This document shows positions 32,640 to 40,552 of a stretch of 64,000 nucleotides of DNA, one piece after another. The notes under the pieces were generated by a model. The model had not been told where the DNA came from, searched no databases, and saw only the letters and a program-made list of their open reading frames with translations. Location of the stretch: assembly GCA_028282095.1 (NCBI GenBank), contig JANQIP010000280.1:2962-66961 (forward strand), given 5' to 3'. Both the position numbers and the translations under genes were made by a program. This DNA comes from Xanthobacteraceae bacterium (GTDB lineage: Bacteria; Pseudomonadota; Alphaproteobacteria; Rhizobiales; Xanthobacteraceae). Position 1 is the first letter of the stretch; each line of letters begins with the position of its first letter.

Positions 32640-32647
32640 ACTCGCGA

Positions 32648-33310
32648 GTGCATGGCGTGGGCCGCAAGCGAAAAGAGATTGATGAAGCGTCGCTAACGCC
32701 ATTTCACCGGCGATTACAATCTATTATGTCAAATCAGACGCAGGCGGAGTTCGCTCGAAAGGCGGGAATATCGCAGGGAGGTCTCCATAGAATTCTTAGC
32801 GGAGGTGAACCAAACCTTGAAACATTAATCGCTCTTGCAAATGCCGGTGGAGTGTCTGTCGGCTGGCTTGCCGCCGATGAAGAGACATCCGCCGTCTCCC
32901 AGGCGGGAGAGATGCTGGTACGGCGTATGGCGTTCCGGGCATCAGCCGGTAGTACCGGCGCACTTGTGCTTCAAGATGAGCCGTCGCCAATTCCTCTTCC
33001 AGCGTCGCTGCTCGCCGAATTGGGATTGAAGCCGGTTACAGCCCGAGCGATGGAGGCGCAGGGCGATTCAATGAAGCCGACAATCGAAGATGGCGATCTG
33101 ATCCTGCTGGACGTTGCCGATCGAGAACTGCGCGATGACAAAATCTACGTGCTGACGATCAGCGACGAGGCCTTTCTCAAACGCCTGCGGCGCGAGCGCG
33201 GGAGATGGATGATGATCTCAGACAACCCGCGGTTTCCACCTGAGCCGATTCCTGCTGCGGAGGTGACGAGGGTCGTTGGCCGCGTCGTATGGGGCGGCAG
33301 GCGGTTGTAA
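32648..33310 (+). CDS. CI/LexA-type prophage repressor (XRE HTH + S24 peptidase domain)
   Basis: TQAEFARKAGISQGGLHRILSG (HTH). GDSMKPTIEDGDLILLD and FLKRL (Ser/Lys dyad pattern). GTG start at 32648, or alternatively ATG at 32726. Confidence 0.85.
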   Translation: MHGVGRKRKEIDEASLTPFHRRLQSIMSNQTQAEFARKAGISQGGLHRILSGGEPNLETLIALANAGGVSVGWLAADEETSAVSQAGEMLVRRMAFRASAGSTGALVLQDEPSPIPLPASLLAELGLKPVTARAMEAQGDSMKPTIEDGDLILLDVADRELRDDKIYVLTISDEAFLKRLRRERGRWMMISDNPRFPPEPIPAAEVTRVVGRVVWGGRRL

Positions 33311-33386
33311 GGGTTTAGCCGAACTGCCGCGCAACAGCTCAGCGAGTACGCTGCCCGCTCCACAACTTTCAAGGGGGAAAAGCGCC

Positions 33387-34502
33387 ATGGCAACGCCGTG
33401 GAGCGTTATGAATAACGAGGACAGGATAAAGGCCATCATCGGGGCGGTCGTAATCCTGCTCTTGGCTGTTTTCTTAATCGCGGGGCTATTGGCAGGAGCG
33501 CAGTCCGAACGCGAGAAGAAGGCGCAGTCACTCGAATTGCAGCAAGCAGTGGCTGCAAACGATCCAGTCCGCTTCGCCAAGGCGCTCGTTCCTGGAGCGG
33601 AGGCGGCGTTCGAGGGCAATCGCAATCCACAGACCGGGCTGATCGACCGGTTCTCGACGCTCACGGTCACATACAGTCTGGATCCGGTGCCGGACAGAAA
33701 CTGGCTTGCGCGAAATGCCTTCTTCCGGCGCGTGAGCGAGATTGTGCCGGCAGTGTTCGAGCGGTTTGACCACATCGAGGTCGTCGCCGTTAAGGGGACG
33801 GCGATGATGGTCGATGTCCGCGGGCACGAACGCCTCGACGAGGTTGCGAGCGTGACGTTCGCGCGCTCAAACTCTCGCGGCGTCAACTGGCCAAACGTGA
33901 AGCCTGAAAATGTCCCGCGGCTCGCGAACAAGCACTACCTGCACCCGCGCTTGGTCAGCGATCTTGCAGCGTCGGACCCGGTGCGCGCGACGTCGCGGAA
34001 GGATAGGCCGCGCCGGGATCGCATTTCCGCGCCAAGACCTGAGGCCGCCGCGGCTGGAGAGCTGGGCGGCGCAGTGGACAAGCTTGCTGATCGCCTCAAC
34101 GCAACATCCAAAAGGACGGGCATTTCATTCTCTATGGCGCTCCAGTCCTGCGAACGCGGCACGACTTGGACCTGCCAGTATCGCATCGGCAACTTCATTA
34201 CCGCGTATGCCCGGTCGACTGATGAGCCGCCCGCCTTGGCCGAGCTTCTGATGCAGTACACTGTCGACCGCACTATGGCCGCTGAAGGAGCAATGGAACT
34301 CCTTTATGCGATTGCCGTCGTGCTGAAGGAGCTTTCGCCGACGGCAACCAAAGAAGAGAACAGCCGGGTCTTGCAGGCTGTGGCCGAAGCTACGAGTAAT
34401 CCGGACCAACAGAGATCAGCCACCGCCGGCCGGGTGCAATATGTCGTAAAGCTCGATCCCGGAAACGGCTTGTGGATTTCGGCGACGTCACTAAGGCGAT
34501 AG
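33387..34502 (+). CDS. membrane-anchored hypothetical protein, co-directional with repressor (lysogeny cargo)
   Basis: Start MATPWSVMNNEDRIKAIIGAVVILLLAVFLIAGLLAGA (N-terminal TM). No domain recognised. Visibly lower GC. Followed by a rho-independent terminator. Confidence 0.55.
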   Translation: MATPWSVMNNEDRIKAIIGAVVILLLAVFLIAGLLAGAQSEREKKAQSLELQQAVAANDPVRFAKALVPGAEAAFEGNRNPQTGLIDRFSTLTVTYSLDPVPDRNWLARNAFFRRVSEIVPAVFERFDHIEVVAVKGTAMMVDVRGHERLDEVASVTFARSNSRGVNWPNVKPENVPRLANKHYLHPRLVSDLAASDPVRATSRKDRPRRDRISAPRPEAAAAGELGGAVDKLADRLNATSKRTGISFSMALQSCERGTTWTCQYRIGNFITAYARSTDEPPALAELLMQYTVDRTMAAEGAMELLYAIAVVLKELSPTATKEENSRVLQAVAEATSNPDQQRSATAGRVQYVVKLDPGNGLWISATSLRR

Positions 34503-34533
34503 CGCTTGCTCACCCCACTTTGAGCTGGTGTCA

Positions 34534-34557
34534 GCCCCGCTTCGGCGGGGTTTTTTG
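34534..34557 (+). terminator. rho-independent terminator after 33387..34502
   Basis: GCCCCGC TTCG GCGGGG followed by TTTTTTGTT. Confidence 0.75.
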
Positions 34558-34620
34558 TTGCGCGCGCGCCGCGCGCTCTACTTCCGCGTATTATTTTTTA
34601 CTTATTTTCTTCTTTTGCCA

Positions 34621-34648
34621 TTGCAGTAATCGTAAGATGTGATATAGT
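34621..34648 (+). promoter_or_regulatory. sigma70-like promoter of the cargo operon
   Basis: TTGCAG (34621-26), 16-nt spacer, TATAGT (34643-48) preceded by TGTGA. AT-rich upstream tract. Confidence 0.45.
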
Positions 34649-34675
34649 CAAATCATCAAAACGGAGGACAAAACG

Positions 34676-34792
34676 ATGAAGACCAAGCAAGCCAAGACAG
34701 TCGAGATCAACAAAGAGTTCTTCGAAAGAAAGAACACCTGGCTGACGGAGCTGCTGGAGAGGGCAAAAAAAGAGAAGGAAAGCAGGGAATAA
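34676..34792 (+). CDS. 38-aa charged helical micro-protein
   Basis: Own translation: MKTKQAKTVEINKEFFERKNTWLTELLERAKKEKESRE*. GGAGGA sits 7 nt upstream of the ATG. Sigma70-like promoter upstream. Too short for the ORF track. Confidence 0.4.
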   Translation: MKTKQAKTVEINKEFFERKNTWLTELLERAKKEKESRE

Positions 34793-34799
34793 AGAGAAG

Positions 34800-34817
34800 G
34801 GGCCCCGAAAGGGGCCC
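34800..34817 (+). other. GC hairpin between micro-ORF and 4-TM gene (attenuator-like, no T tract)
   Basis: GGGCCCC GAAA GGGGCCC, 7-bp stem, 8 nt after the micro-ORF stop. Confidence 0.4.
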
Positions 34818-34881
34818 ACCTATCCTGGACACCTTACCGGCGCTCGGCATCAGGCCGACCGCCACGGCAAAGGAGGCCGTT

Positions 34882-35376
34882 ATGACCACCGCCCACGTTA
34901 TTAAACTGCCGCGTCCGCGTTCCCGCCGCCGCAAGCTGGCCGAGCCGGCGAAGTCGAGCCGCGTGCGCGCCAAGCTGCGCCGTCAGGCCGTTGCCGCCGC
35001 GGCGGTCGCCGCGATCGGCCTGGTGCTCACCGCGCTGAGTCTCTCCCACCTCGCCCATGGCGTCGTCATCGTCACCGGCGTGCCGACCTGGCAGGCCTGG
35101 GCCACGGCGATCGGGTTCGATCTCTCGCTGATCGCGTTGGAGAGCGCCCAGCTCTGCGCATCCACCGAGGCCGTCAGGCGCGCGATCGCCCGCTACGCGC
35201 GGCCCAGCATCCTCGGCACCCTCGCCGGATCGGCGGCGATGAACGCCTTCGCCTTCTGTGAGGCCGTCTCGGGCTGGTGGCTCGCGCCGGCCATCGCCCT
35301 CGGCATCGCTATCCCGACGCTGATCTATGTCCTGACCCGCATTGCGGTCGCCCTATACATCGACTGTCAGCGCTAA
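34882..35376 (+). CDS. four-TM membrane protein with basic N-terminus (lysogeny cargo)
   Basis: AAGGAGG RBS. KLPRPRSRRRK tail, then four hydrophobic helices. Terminator follows. Confidence 0.6.
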   Translation: MTTAHVIKLPRPRSRRRKLAEPAKSSRVRAKLRRQAVAAAAVAAIGLVLTALSLSHLAHGVVIVTGVPTWQAWATAIGFDLSLIALESAQLCASTEAVRRAIARYARPSILGTLAGSAAMNAFAFCEAVSGWWLAPAIALGIAIPTLIYVLTRIAVALYIDCQR

Positions 35377-35402
35377 CGGCCTGCGGTCTGCGAAAATACC
35401 GA

Positions 35403-35427
35403 GGCCGGGCAGACGCCCGGCCTTTCG
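35403..35427 (+). terminator. terminator-like hairpin after 34882..35376
   Basis: GGCCGGGC AGAC GCCCGGCC TTTCG. Confidence 0.55.
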
Positions 35428-35619
35428 TGGCGGCGACGATTCCACTATATTTGTGCGGGTGGGCTAGGCCCAATTCTGCGTTGCGGGTAGCCAATTATCC
35501 CTGTGGCGCACCGTCTGATTGATTCAGCAGCATCATTAGAAGCTGGGCCATTTATCAGCGGTAGTCGGGGTTGGGGGCCCACCACTGGATTGGGAGCGCT
35601 AACCTACCCCTCGCCATAT

Positions 35620-35910
35620 ATGAGCGATCGAGATCACCCGGCCCCGCGGCCGCGAATGCCGCTCGACGAGCTGGTCCGTGCCGCGGAGACAATCTACGGT
35701 GGCGAGTGGCAGACGCCGCTCGCTGCCGATCTCCATGTTGCGCGGCGGACGGTTCAGCGCTGGGCAGCCGGCGATATGCAGCCGCCCGACGTGCGCGTCG
35801 AACTCGCCGATATCTGCCGCCGCCGGGCCGCCGCGCTTACCGAGCTGGCCGACCAGCTCGCCCCCCGCGCCCCCCGCGCCGACCAGGTCGCACGGCGCCA
35901 GCGCCGCTGA
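35620..35910 (+). CDS. small Cro/YdaS-like HTH candidate
   Basis: WQTPLAADLHVARRTVQRWAAGDMQPP looks like an HTH. Start uncertain (GTG 35503 or ATG 35620); weak RBS. Confidence 0.4.
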   Translation: MSDRDHPAPRPRMPLDELVRAAETIYGGEWQTPLAADLHVARRTVQRWAAGDMQPPDVRVELADICRRRAAALTELADQLAPRAPRADQVARRQRR

Positions 35911-36139
35911 CCAGCTCACCCTTGCCGCTGATGCCGGTTCACCATAGAATCACAGACTACTCCCACAGCCTGAAGCCTCACCCTCGGGTGAGGACCCGTT
36001 CCAGACGGTGGCTCAACAAAGAGTCTAGGGCTGCGGGACGCAAAACTTCAGAGTTCCCCGCCCGTCGCCCTCGCCCTCTTTGTCGGCCTATGCCGCTGAC
36101 GTGCCGCTTGTTTTTGCTTTTTGCTCGGCCCGCATCGCA

Positions 36140-36162
36140 AACTCTGAACTGAGTTCAGAGTT
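36140..36162. promoter_or_regulatory. perfect 11-1-11 palindrome AACTCTGAACT G AGTTCAGAGTT (protein-binding site candidate)
   Basis: Read directly from the sequence. A related half-site ACTTCAGAGTTC lies at 36045-36056. Confidence 0.4.
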
Positions 36163-36290
36163 CGGCCCCTTGATTTGGCCGCGGCCGACCACCGCCAGTC
36201 CACCTGTTCGGTCGCGGTCCCGCCCATTTTATCCTTATTTGAAGCGCTTTTGAGGGTCCCCCGAGGCGCTTTGAGGGCTCCTTGAGGCTT

Positions 36291-36346
36291 CCGCCCGTGC
36301 TATAGATTCAAGTGGGCAACAGCCCCGTCCGCTCCGGATTCAAGTG
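36291..36346 (-). other. two 24-bp direct repeats ending in GATTCAAGTG (candidate transposase-binding sites)
   Basis: ccgcccgtgctataGATTCAAGTG (36291-36314) and ccccgtccgctccgGATTCAAGTG (36323-36346), 32-bp phase. The reverse complement CACTTGAA also occurs in the Mu L1 end site as I recall it. Confidence 0.3.
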
Positions 36347-36388
36347 TCTAACCGCCGCCGCCATTTAGACCGCCCCGAGGCCGCAGAA

Positions 36389-36457
36389 ACCGGCCAACCA
36401 CGGGCATTCCCGGCCAATCCCGGAAAATCCCGGCCAATCCCGCCTGGTCCAGTTTCA
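36389..36457 (-). other. three 20-bp-phased direct repeats (CCGGCCAAYCVCGG) followed by a CA dinucleotide (candidate prophage terminus)
   Basis: ccggccaaccacgg (36390), cccggccaatcccgg (36409), cccggccaatcccgc (36429). Then ctggtccagtttCA at 36456-36457, so the phage-strand end would read TGAAACTGG.... Confidence 0.3.
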
Positions 36458-36537
36458 TGTGTCCCGTAACAGCCGCGGTCGCGTCCGGCACGGCAAATGG
36501 TGCGCGCAATCGCGCAATGAGGCAGCCAAGCAACGAT

Positions 36538-36659
36538 CTAGTGATGCGGCACCAACGCTTGGGCTCGTCTCATTGTGTTGGTGCCGCATCACAAAGTAAC
36601 GGATTAGCTAGTGTTCCTTACCTGACGGTCCGGGACCGGACCGTCAGAGAAGGAAACAC
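36538..36659 (+). repeat. family-B structured repeat (about 122 bp: 16-bp-stem hairpin + nested hairpin)
   Basis: GTGATGCGGCACCAAC..(20 nt)..GTTGGTGCCGCATCAC, then AGTGTTCC..TGACGGTCCGG GA CCGGACCGTCA..GGAACACT. Confidence 0.9.
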
Positions 36660-36674
36660 TGGGGACCACAGCCG

Positions 36675-38042
36675 ATGCCAGCGAGCGCCATCGATTCAGC
36701 GATCCTCGGCGGCATGTTCACGACCGAGCCGATGCGGCAGGTCTTCTCGGACGCCAATCGCATCCGCAAGTATCTCGAATTCGAGGCAGCGCTCGCGCGC
36801 GTCGAAGCGCGGCTTGGCATCATACCGCGGGAAGCGGCCGAGGAGATCGCGCGCCATTGCGCGGTCGAGACATTCGACCTCTCAACGCTTGGCGCCGAGA
36901 CCACCGCCATCGGCGCGCCGGTGCAGCCGGTGATCAACCAACTGATGCGGCTGTGCCGCGATGGCCACGGCGAATGGTGCCATTTCGGCGCGACGACCCA
37001 GGACGTCATGGACACCGCGACGATCCTGCAGATCGCCGAAGCGCTGGCGCTGATCGAGGCCGATCTCGCGGCAATCATGGCCGGGCTCGCAGCGCTCGCC
37101 CGCACCCATCGCGACACGGTGATGGCCGGGCGCAGCTATCTGCAGCACGCGGTGCCGATCACCTTCGGCTGCAAATCGGCGTCCTTGCTTGATGCATTTC
37201 TGCGCCACCGCCGGCGGCTCGACGAGATCAAGCCGCGCCTGCTGGTCGGCCAGTTCGGCGGCGCCGCCGGCACGCTCGCATCGCTGGGCGAGCGCGGGCT
37301 CGATGTGCGGGCGGCGTTGATGCGTGAGTTGAATCTCGGCGTGCCGGACATGTCCTGGCACGGCGCGCGCGACCGCATCGCCGAGATCGGCGCATTTCTT
37401 GGCTTACTCACTGCGAGCTGCGCCAAGCTCGCGCTCGATACCAAGCTCTTGATGCAGACCGAGGTCGAGGAGGCGTCCGAGCCGCTGCCACCGGGCCGCG
37501 GCTCGTCGAGCGCGATGCCGCACAAGCGCAATCCGGTCTCTGCGGCCTTGATCGGCGCGGCGGCGCCGCTGGTCCGCCAGCAGGTCGCCGCGTTGCTGGA
37601 GGCGATGGTCGCCGACCACGAGCGTGCCAGCGGCGCCTGGCAGATCGAGTGGATCGCCGTGCCGGACATCTTCTGCCTGACCGCCGGCGTGCTCGCGCAT
37701 ACGCACGCGCTTGCGAGCGAGCTTTCGGTCGATGCCGAACGGATGCGGGCCAATCTCGACATCACGCGTGGGCTGGTGTCGACCGAAGCGGTGGTGACAG
37801 GGCTGGCACCTCATCTTGGCCGCCAGCACGCCCATCGGCTGGTCTCGGCCATCTGCCGGGAGACGGCTGCCACCGGCCGACCGCTCGTCGATCGGCTCGC
37901 CGAGAACGAAGAAATCGCGCGCCACCTCGATCGGCCAGCGCTGACACGGCTCACCGATCCCGCAAATCACCTCGGCGCCGCCGGCGCGATGGTCGACCAT
38001 GTGCTCGCACTCTATGAGGAGGAGCAGCGGAAGTCTCGATAG
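36675..38042 (+). CDS. pcaB: 3-carboxy-cis,cis-muconate cycloisomerase / adenylosuccinate-lyase-family enzyme
   Basis: Fumarate-lyase signature GSSAMPHKRNP. 455 aa. N-terminal FSD..R.....FEAALA pattern of the PcaB-like subgroup. Exact specificity not determinable. Confidence 0.75.
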   Translation: MPASAIDSAILGGMFTTEPMRQVFSDANRIRKYLEFEAALARVEARLGIIPREAAEEIARHCAVETFDLSTLGAETTAIGAPVQPVINQLMRLCRDGHGEWCHFGATTQDVMDTATILQIAEALALIEADLAAIMAGLAALARTHRDTVMAGRSYLQHAVPITFGCKSASLLDAFLRHRRRLDEIKPRLLVGQFGGAAGTLASLGERGLDVRAALMRELNLGVPDMSWHGARDRIAEIGAFLGLLTASCAKLALDTKLLMQTEVEEASEPLPPGRGSSSAMPHKRNPVSAALIGAAAPLVRQQVAALLEAMVADHERASGAWQIEWIAVPDIFCLTAGVLAHTHALASELSVDAERMRANLDITRGLVSTEAVVTGLAPHLGRQHAHRLVSAICRETAATGRPLVDRLAENEEIARHLDRPALTRLTDPANHLGAAGAMVDHVLALYEEEQRKSR

Positions 38043-38458
38043 CGCCATCGCTCGTGCGCGTGCGTCACCGCGGTAGTCGGGCGTCGTCGCCTGCGTAACG
38101 GTGCTGAGCCCGAACACATGATGCCGGCGACATCACCGCTCGTTAATGGGCGAACGAAAGCTGCTGCCTCACTGAAGCTGCGCCAGATGGCCTTAAGCGA
38201 CATGATCGAACCACGCATCGTTGAGGCGCTGGCCTGCGGTCGGCTCCTCAGATTGCGCGAGCGTTGATGCGCTCGGTTGTCTGACACGGTCCGGCTTCCC
38301 ACATAGCGGGACATACGCGCTCCCCTCCGAACGATTCGGACGCGGCGCTGTGCGACATTGTGCGCTCGCGCCGTGTTCGGTTAACCGGTTGCGTTTCTCC
38401 GACCATGCTCACGGCCTGGTGCCGCCGGCGATCGCCGGGAAACACAAAAAGGTTTGTC

Positions 38459-38929
38459 ATGTTCAATGCACTTAAGACGCTGTTCGACGACTTGACGGGT
38501 GGTGCCAAACCGCCCGAAGGCTTCGGCGACAACGATGTTAGGGTCGCGACCGCCGCGCTCATGGTGCATGTGGCGACGCTCGACGGGACGCTGTCGGCGG
38601 AGGAACGCGAGAAGCTGCACGGTCTGCTCAAGACGCGCTTCAAGCTCAGCGATGCCGAGACTTCGGAACTGATCGACGCCGCCGTCGAAGCCGATCGCGA
38701 AGCCGTCGACTTCTATCGCTTCACCAGCCTCTTGATGCGCAATCTCGATGAGGAGCAACGCCGCCGCATCGTCGCGATGATGTGGGAATTGGCCTACACC
38801 GACGGCAATATCAGCGAGTTCGAGGACAATGTCATGTGGCGGGTCGCCGACCTTCTTGGCGTATCCAACCGCGAGCGCATCGAGCTCCGTCGCGCGGTGG
38901 CGAATGGCCAACGCAACACGAATGCTTGA
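38459..38929 (+). CDS. TerB-family (tellurite-resistance-like) protein
   Basis: Start MFNALKTLFDDL at 38459. VATAALMVHVATLDGTLSAEEREKL...MMWELAYTDGNISEFEDNVMWRVADLLGVS. Confidence 0.75.
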   Translation: MFNALKTLFDDLTGGAKPPEGFGDNDVRVATAALMVHVATLDGTLSAEEREKLHGLLKTRFKLSDAETSELIDAAVEADREAVDFYRFTSLLMRNLDEEQRRRIVAMMWELAYTDGNISEFEDNVMWRVADLLGVSNRERIELRRAVANGQRNTNA

Positions 38930-39169
38930 GGCATGAACGAAGAAACCGTGATCATACACAAAACAGCGATCGCAGGCCGGTGGGTCGCATTTCCTGTTGG
39001 CAAGGCTGTTTCAACATCGCAGGAACTGATTTAACGTTGCCTTCAACGCGCCGTCATGAAAAAATGCGTCATAGAATGGAGCACGATGACGGAAGAACCG
39101 TATAGCGATAGAGGATACGCCGTTCCGGAGTGACCTTCACAGAAGAACCTTACCGCCATCTCCGAAATT

Positions 39170-40057
39170 ATGGGATTTTCTACTGCATTCATGGGCAAGA
39201 GCAAACCGGTCCTCCTGATTCTCCATCAGAAACACTCGACCCCGGGTCGCGTCGGCCTTCATCTGAAGGCGCGCGGCGTGCCGATGGACGTGCGCCGCCC
39301 GCGCTTCGGCGAGCCGTTGCCGGAGACGCTTGCCGAGCATGCCGGGGTCATTGTGTTCGGCGGGCCGATGAGCGCCAACGATCCGGACGACTATATCCGC
39401 GACGAGATCGATTGGCTCGCCGTGCCGCTCAAGGAGCGCAAGCCGCTGCTCGGTATCTGCCTCGGTGCGCAGATGCTCGCCAAGCAACTTGGTGGGAGCG
39501 TCGCCTTCCATCCCGAAGGCAAGGCAGAGATCGGCTATTACCCGATCCGACCGACGGCGGCCGGATTGAGCTTCTGCAAGGACTGGCCGGGCCATGTGTA
39601 TCAGTGGCACCGCGAGGGTATCGATCTGCCGCACGGCGCGCGCCTTCTTGCGCGCGGCGACATGTTCAAGGTGCAGGCTTTCGCCTATGGACCCGCGGCC
39701 TACGGCATTCAATTCCATGCCGAGGTGACGCATGCGATGATGTGCCGGTGGACGACGCTTGCGCATGACCGGATGTCGCTGCCCGGCGCCAAGCCGCGGG
39801 CTGAGCATTTCACCGACCGTCCGGTCTATGACGGCGTGATTCGTTCGTGGTTCACCGCTTTTCTCGACCGCTGGATGGCGCCGGAAGCGGCGCCGGCACC
39901 GGACGGGGTTTCGCCCTCGCATGCCAAGCCCCGACTTGCCGCCGCCGCTTCCCCGAGCCTGGCTGCGGGTATGGTCAGTGCGGATATGGCAGAGCTGCCG
40001 GACCCGGTCGTGGCCGATGTCGACGGCTGGTGGAGCCGAGGGGACTTGAACCCCTGA
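39170..40057 (+). CDS. class I glutamine amidotransferase (GMP-synthase-like domain protein)
   Basis: GICLGAQMLA (nucleophile Cys) and IQFHAEV (His/Glu). The Ala/Pro-rich C-terminal tail overlaps the antisense tRNA-Ala by 30 nt. Confidence 0.75.
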   Translation: MGFSTAFMGKSKPVLLILHQKHSTPGRVGLHLKARGVPMDVRRPRFGEPLPETLAEHAGVIVFGGPMSANDPDDYIRDEIDWLAVPLKERKPLLGICLGAQMLAKQLGGSVAFHPEGKAEIGYYPIRPTAAGLSFCKDWPGHVYQWHREGIDLPHGARLLARGDMFKVQAFAYGPAAYGIQFHAEVTHAMMCRWTTLAHDRMSLPGAKPRAEHFTDRPVYDGVIRSWFTAFLDRWMAPEAAPAPDGVSPSHAKPRLAAAASPSLAAGMVSADMAELPDPVVADVDGWWSRGDLNP

Positions 40058-40103
40058 CCTCCGCAGTGCGATTGCGGCGCTCTCCCAACTGAGCTACGGC
40101 CCC
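40028..40103 (-). tRNA. tRNA-Ala (anticodon CGC), CCA encoded
   Basis: Hand-folded reverse complement: GGGGCCG TA GCTC AGTTGGGA GAGC G CCGCA ATCGCAC TGCGG AGGTC AGGGG TTCAAGT CCCCT CGGCTCC A CCA. G3:U70 Ala identity pair. 76 nt. Confidence 0.9.
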
Positions 40104-40171
40104 GCGCTTGCATGCGTCAGGTTAGTCCGCAGGCAGCGATGCGGCCATTTAGGTGCGCGGTCCGGAGGGTG

Positions 40172-40552
40172 TCAAGGGAGAGCGCCGCGGCAGTGTCTCA
40201 GTTTGAAATCTAGTTGTCGTGTGTATGCTTGCCGGCGACGCGGATTGAGAACACGATCCACACTCTGCGCGATTTCTTCCATGCCCATCCGTCTTGCAAG
40301 AGGGATAAGGATCAGCAGTTGGAGGACTAGAATCGCTATCGGCCCGCCGAAGCTGGGCATCACTGTGAAAAACACTACGTCGAACAAGAGAATGAACAAG
40401 ATGACGAATATGAACCGTTCTTCTCTGCGAGCATCACGTTCGTTGGTAAGTGCTTCTTGGAGTTCTGCAATCTGCTGATCCCGCTTCGTCGGCTGGTCGG
40501 TTAGTAACGCACTAAAATCCTCATCGCTATCCGGTTTTTTGTCGAGCGGCAT
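40172..40552 (-). CDS. small two-TM membrane protein (candidate toxin partner of the Panacea protein)
   Basis: 126 aa. Acidic/charged N-terminus, then FIFVILFILLFDVVFFTVMPSFGGPIAILVLQLLILIPL. Overlaps the upstream gene by 26 nt. Low GC. Confidence 0.5.
   Translation of the reverse strand: MPLDKKPDSDEDFSALLTDQPTKRDQQIAELQEALTNERDARREERFIFVILFILLFDVVFFTVMPSFGGPIAILVLQLLILIPLARRMGMEEIAQSVDRVLNPRRRQAYTRQLDFKLRHCRGALP

Larger units (their letters stand above)
1..36457 (-). mobile_element. Mu-like transposable prophage, partial (tail end continues left of window; c-proximal right end only approximate, 36.36-36.46 kb)
   Basis: Colinear Mu-type gene order on minus strand: Ner-like, MuA DDE transposase, MuB ATPase, Gam, GemA, Mor, lysis, terminases, portal, Mu F, G, I, T, gp36/gp37-like, sheath, tube, chaperone, tape measure, gpN-like. 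Divergent S24 repressor at 32648. Frequent ATGA/TGATG start-stop overlaps. Confidence 0.88.

Noticed and set aside
34598-34819. 73-aa minus-strand ORF antisense to the 38-aa micro-ORF
   Set aside because: It starts inside the GC hairpin and has no RBS. The + strand ORF has a promoter and a GGAGGA RBS.
1-36457. Diversity-generating retroelement, retron or integrase within the prophage
   Set aside because: No reverse-transcriptase-like or tyrosine/serine recombinase-like ORF was seen in any frame. Transposition genes (MuA/MuB) account for mobility.
36348-36933. ORFs 36348..36533 (-) and 36457..36933 (+)
   Set aside because: They span repeat arrays and the family-B element, and the second overlaps the start of the well-supported lyase gene. 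No coding-like composition.
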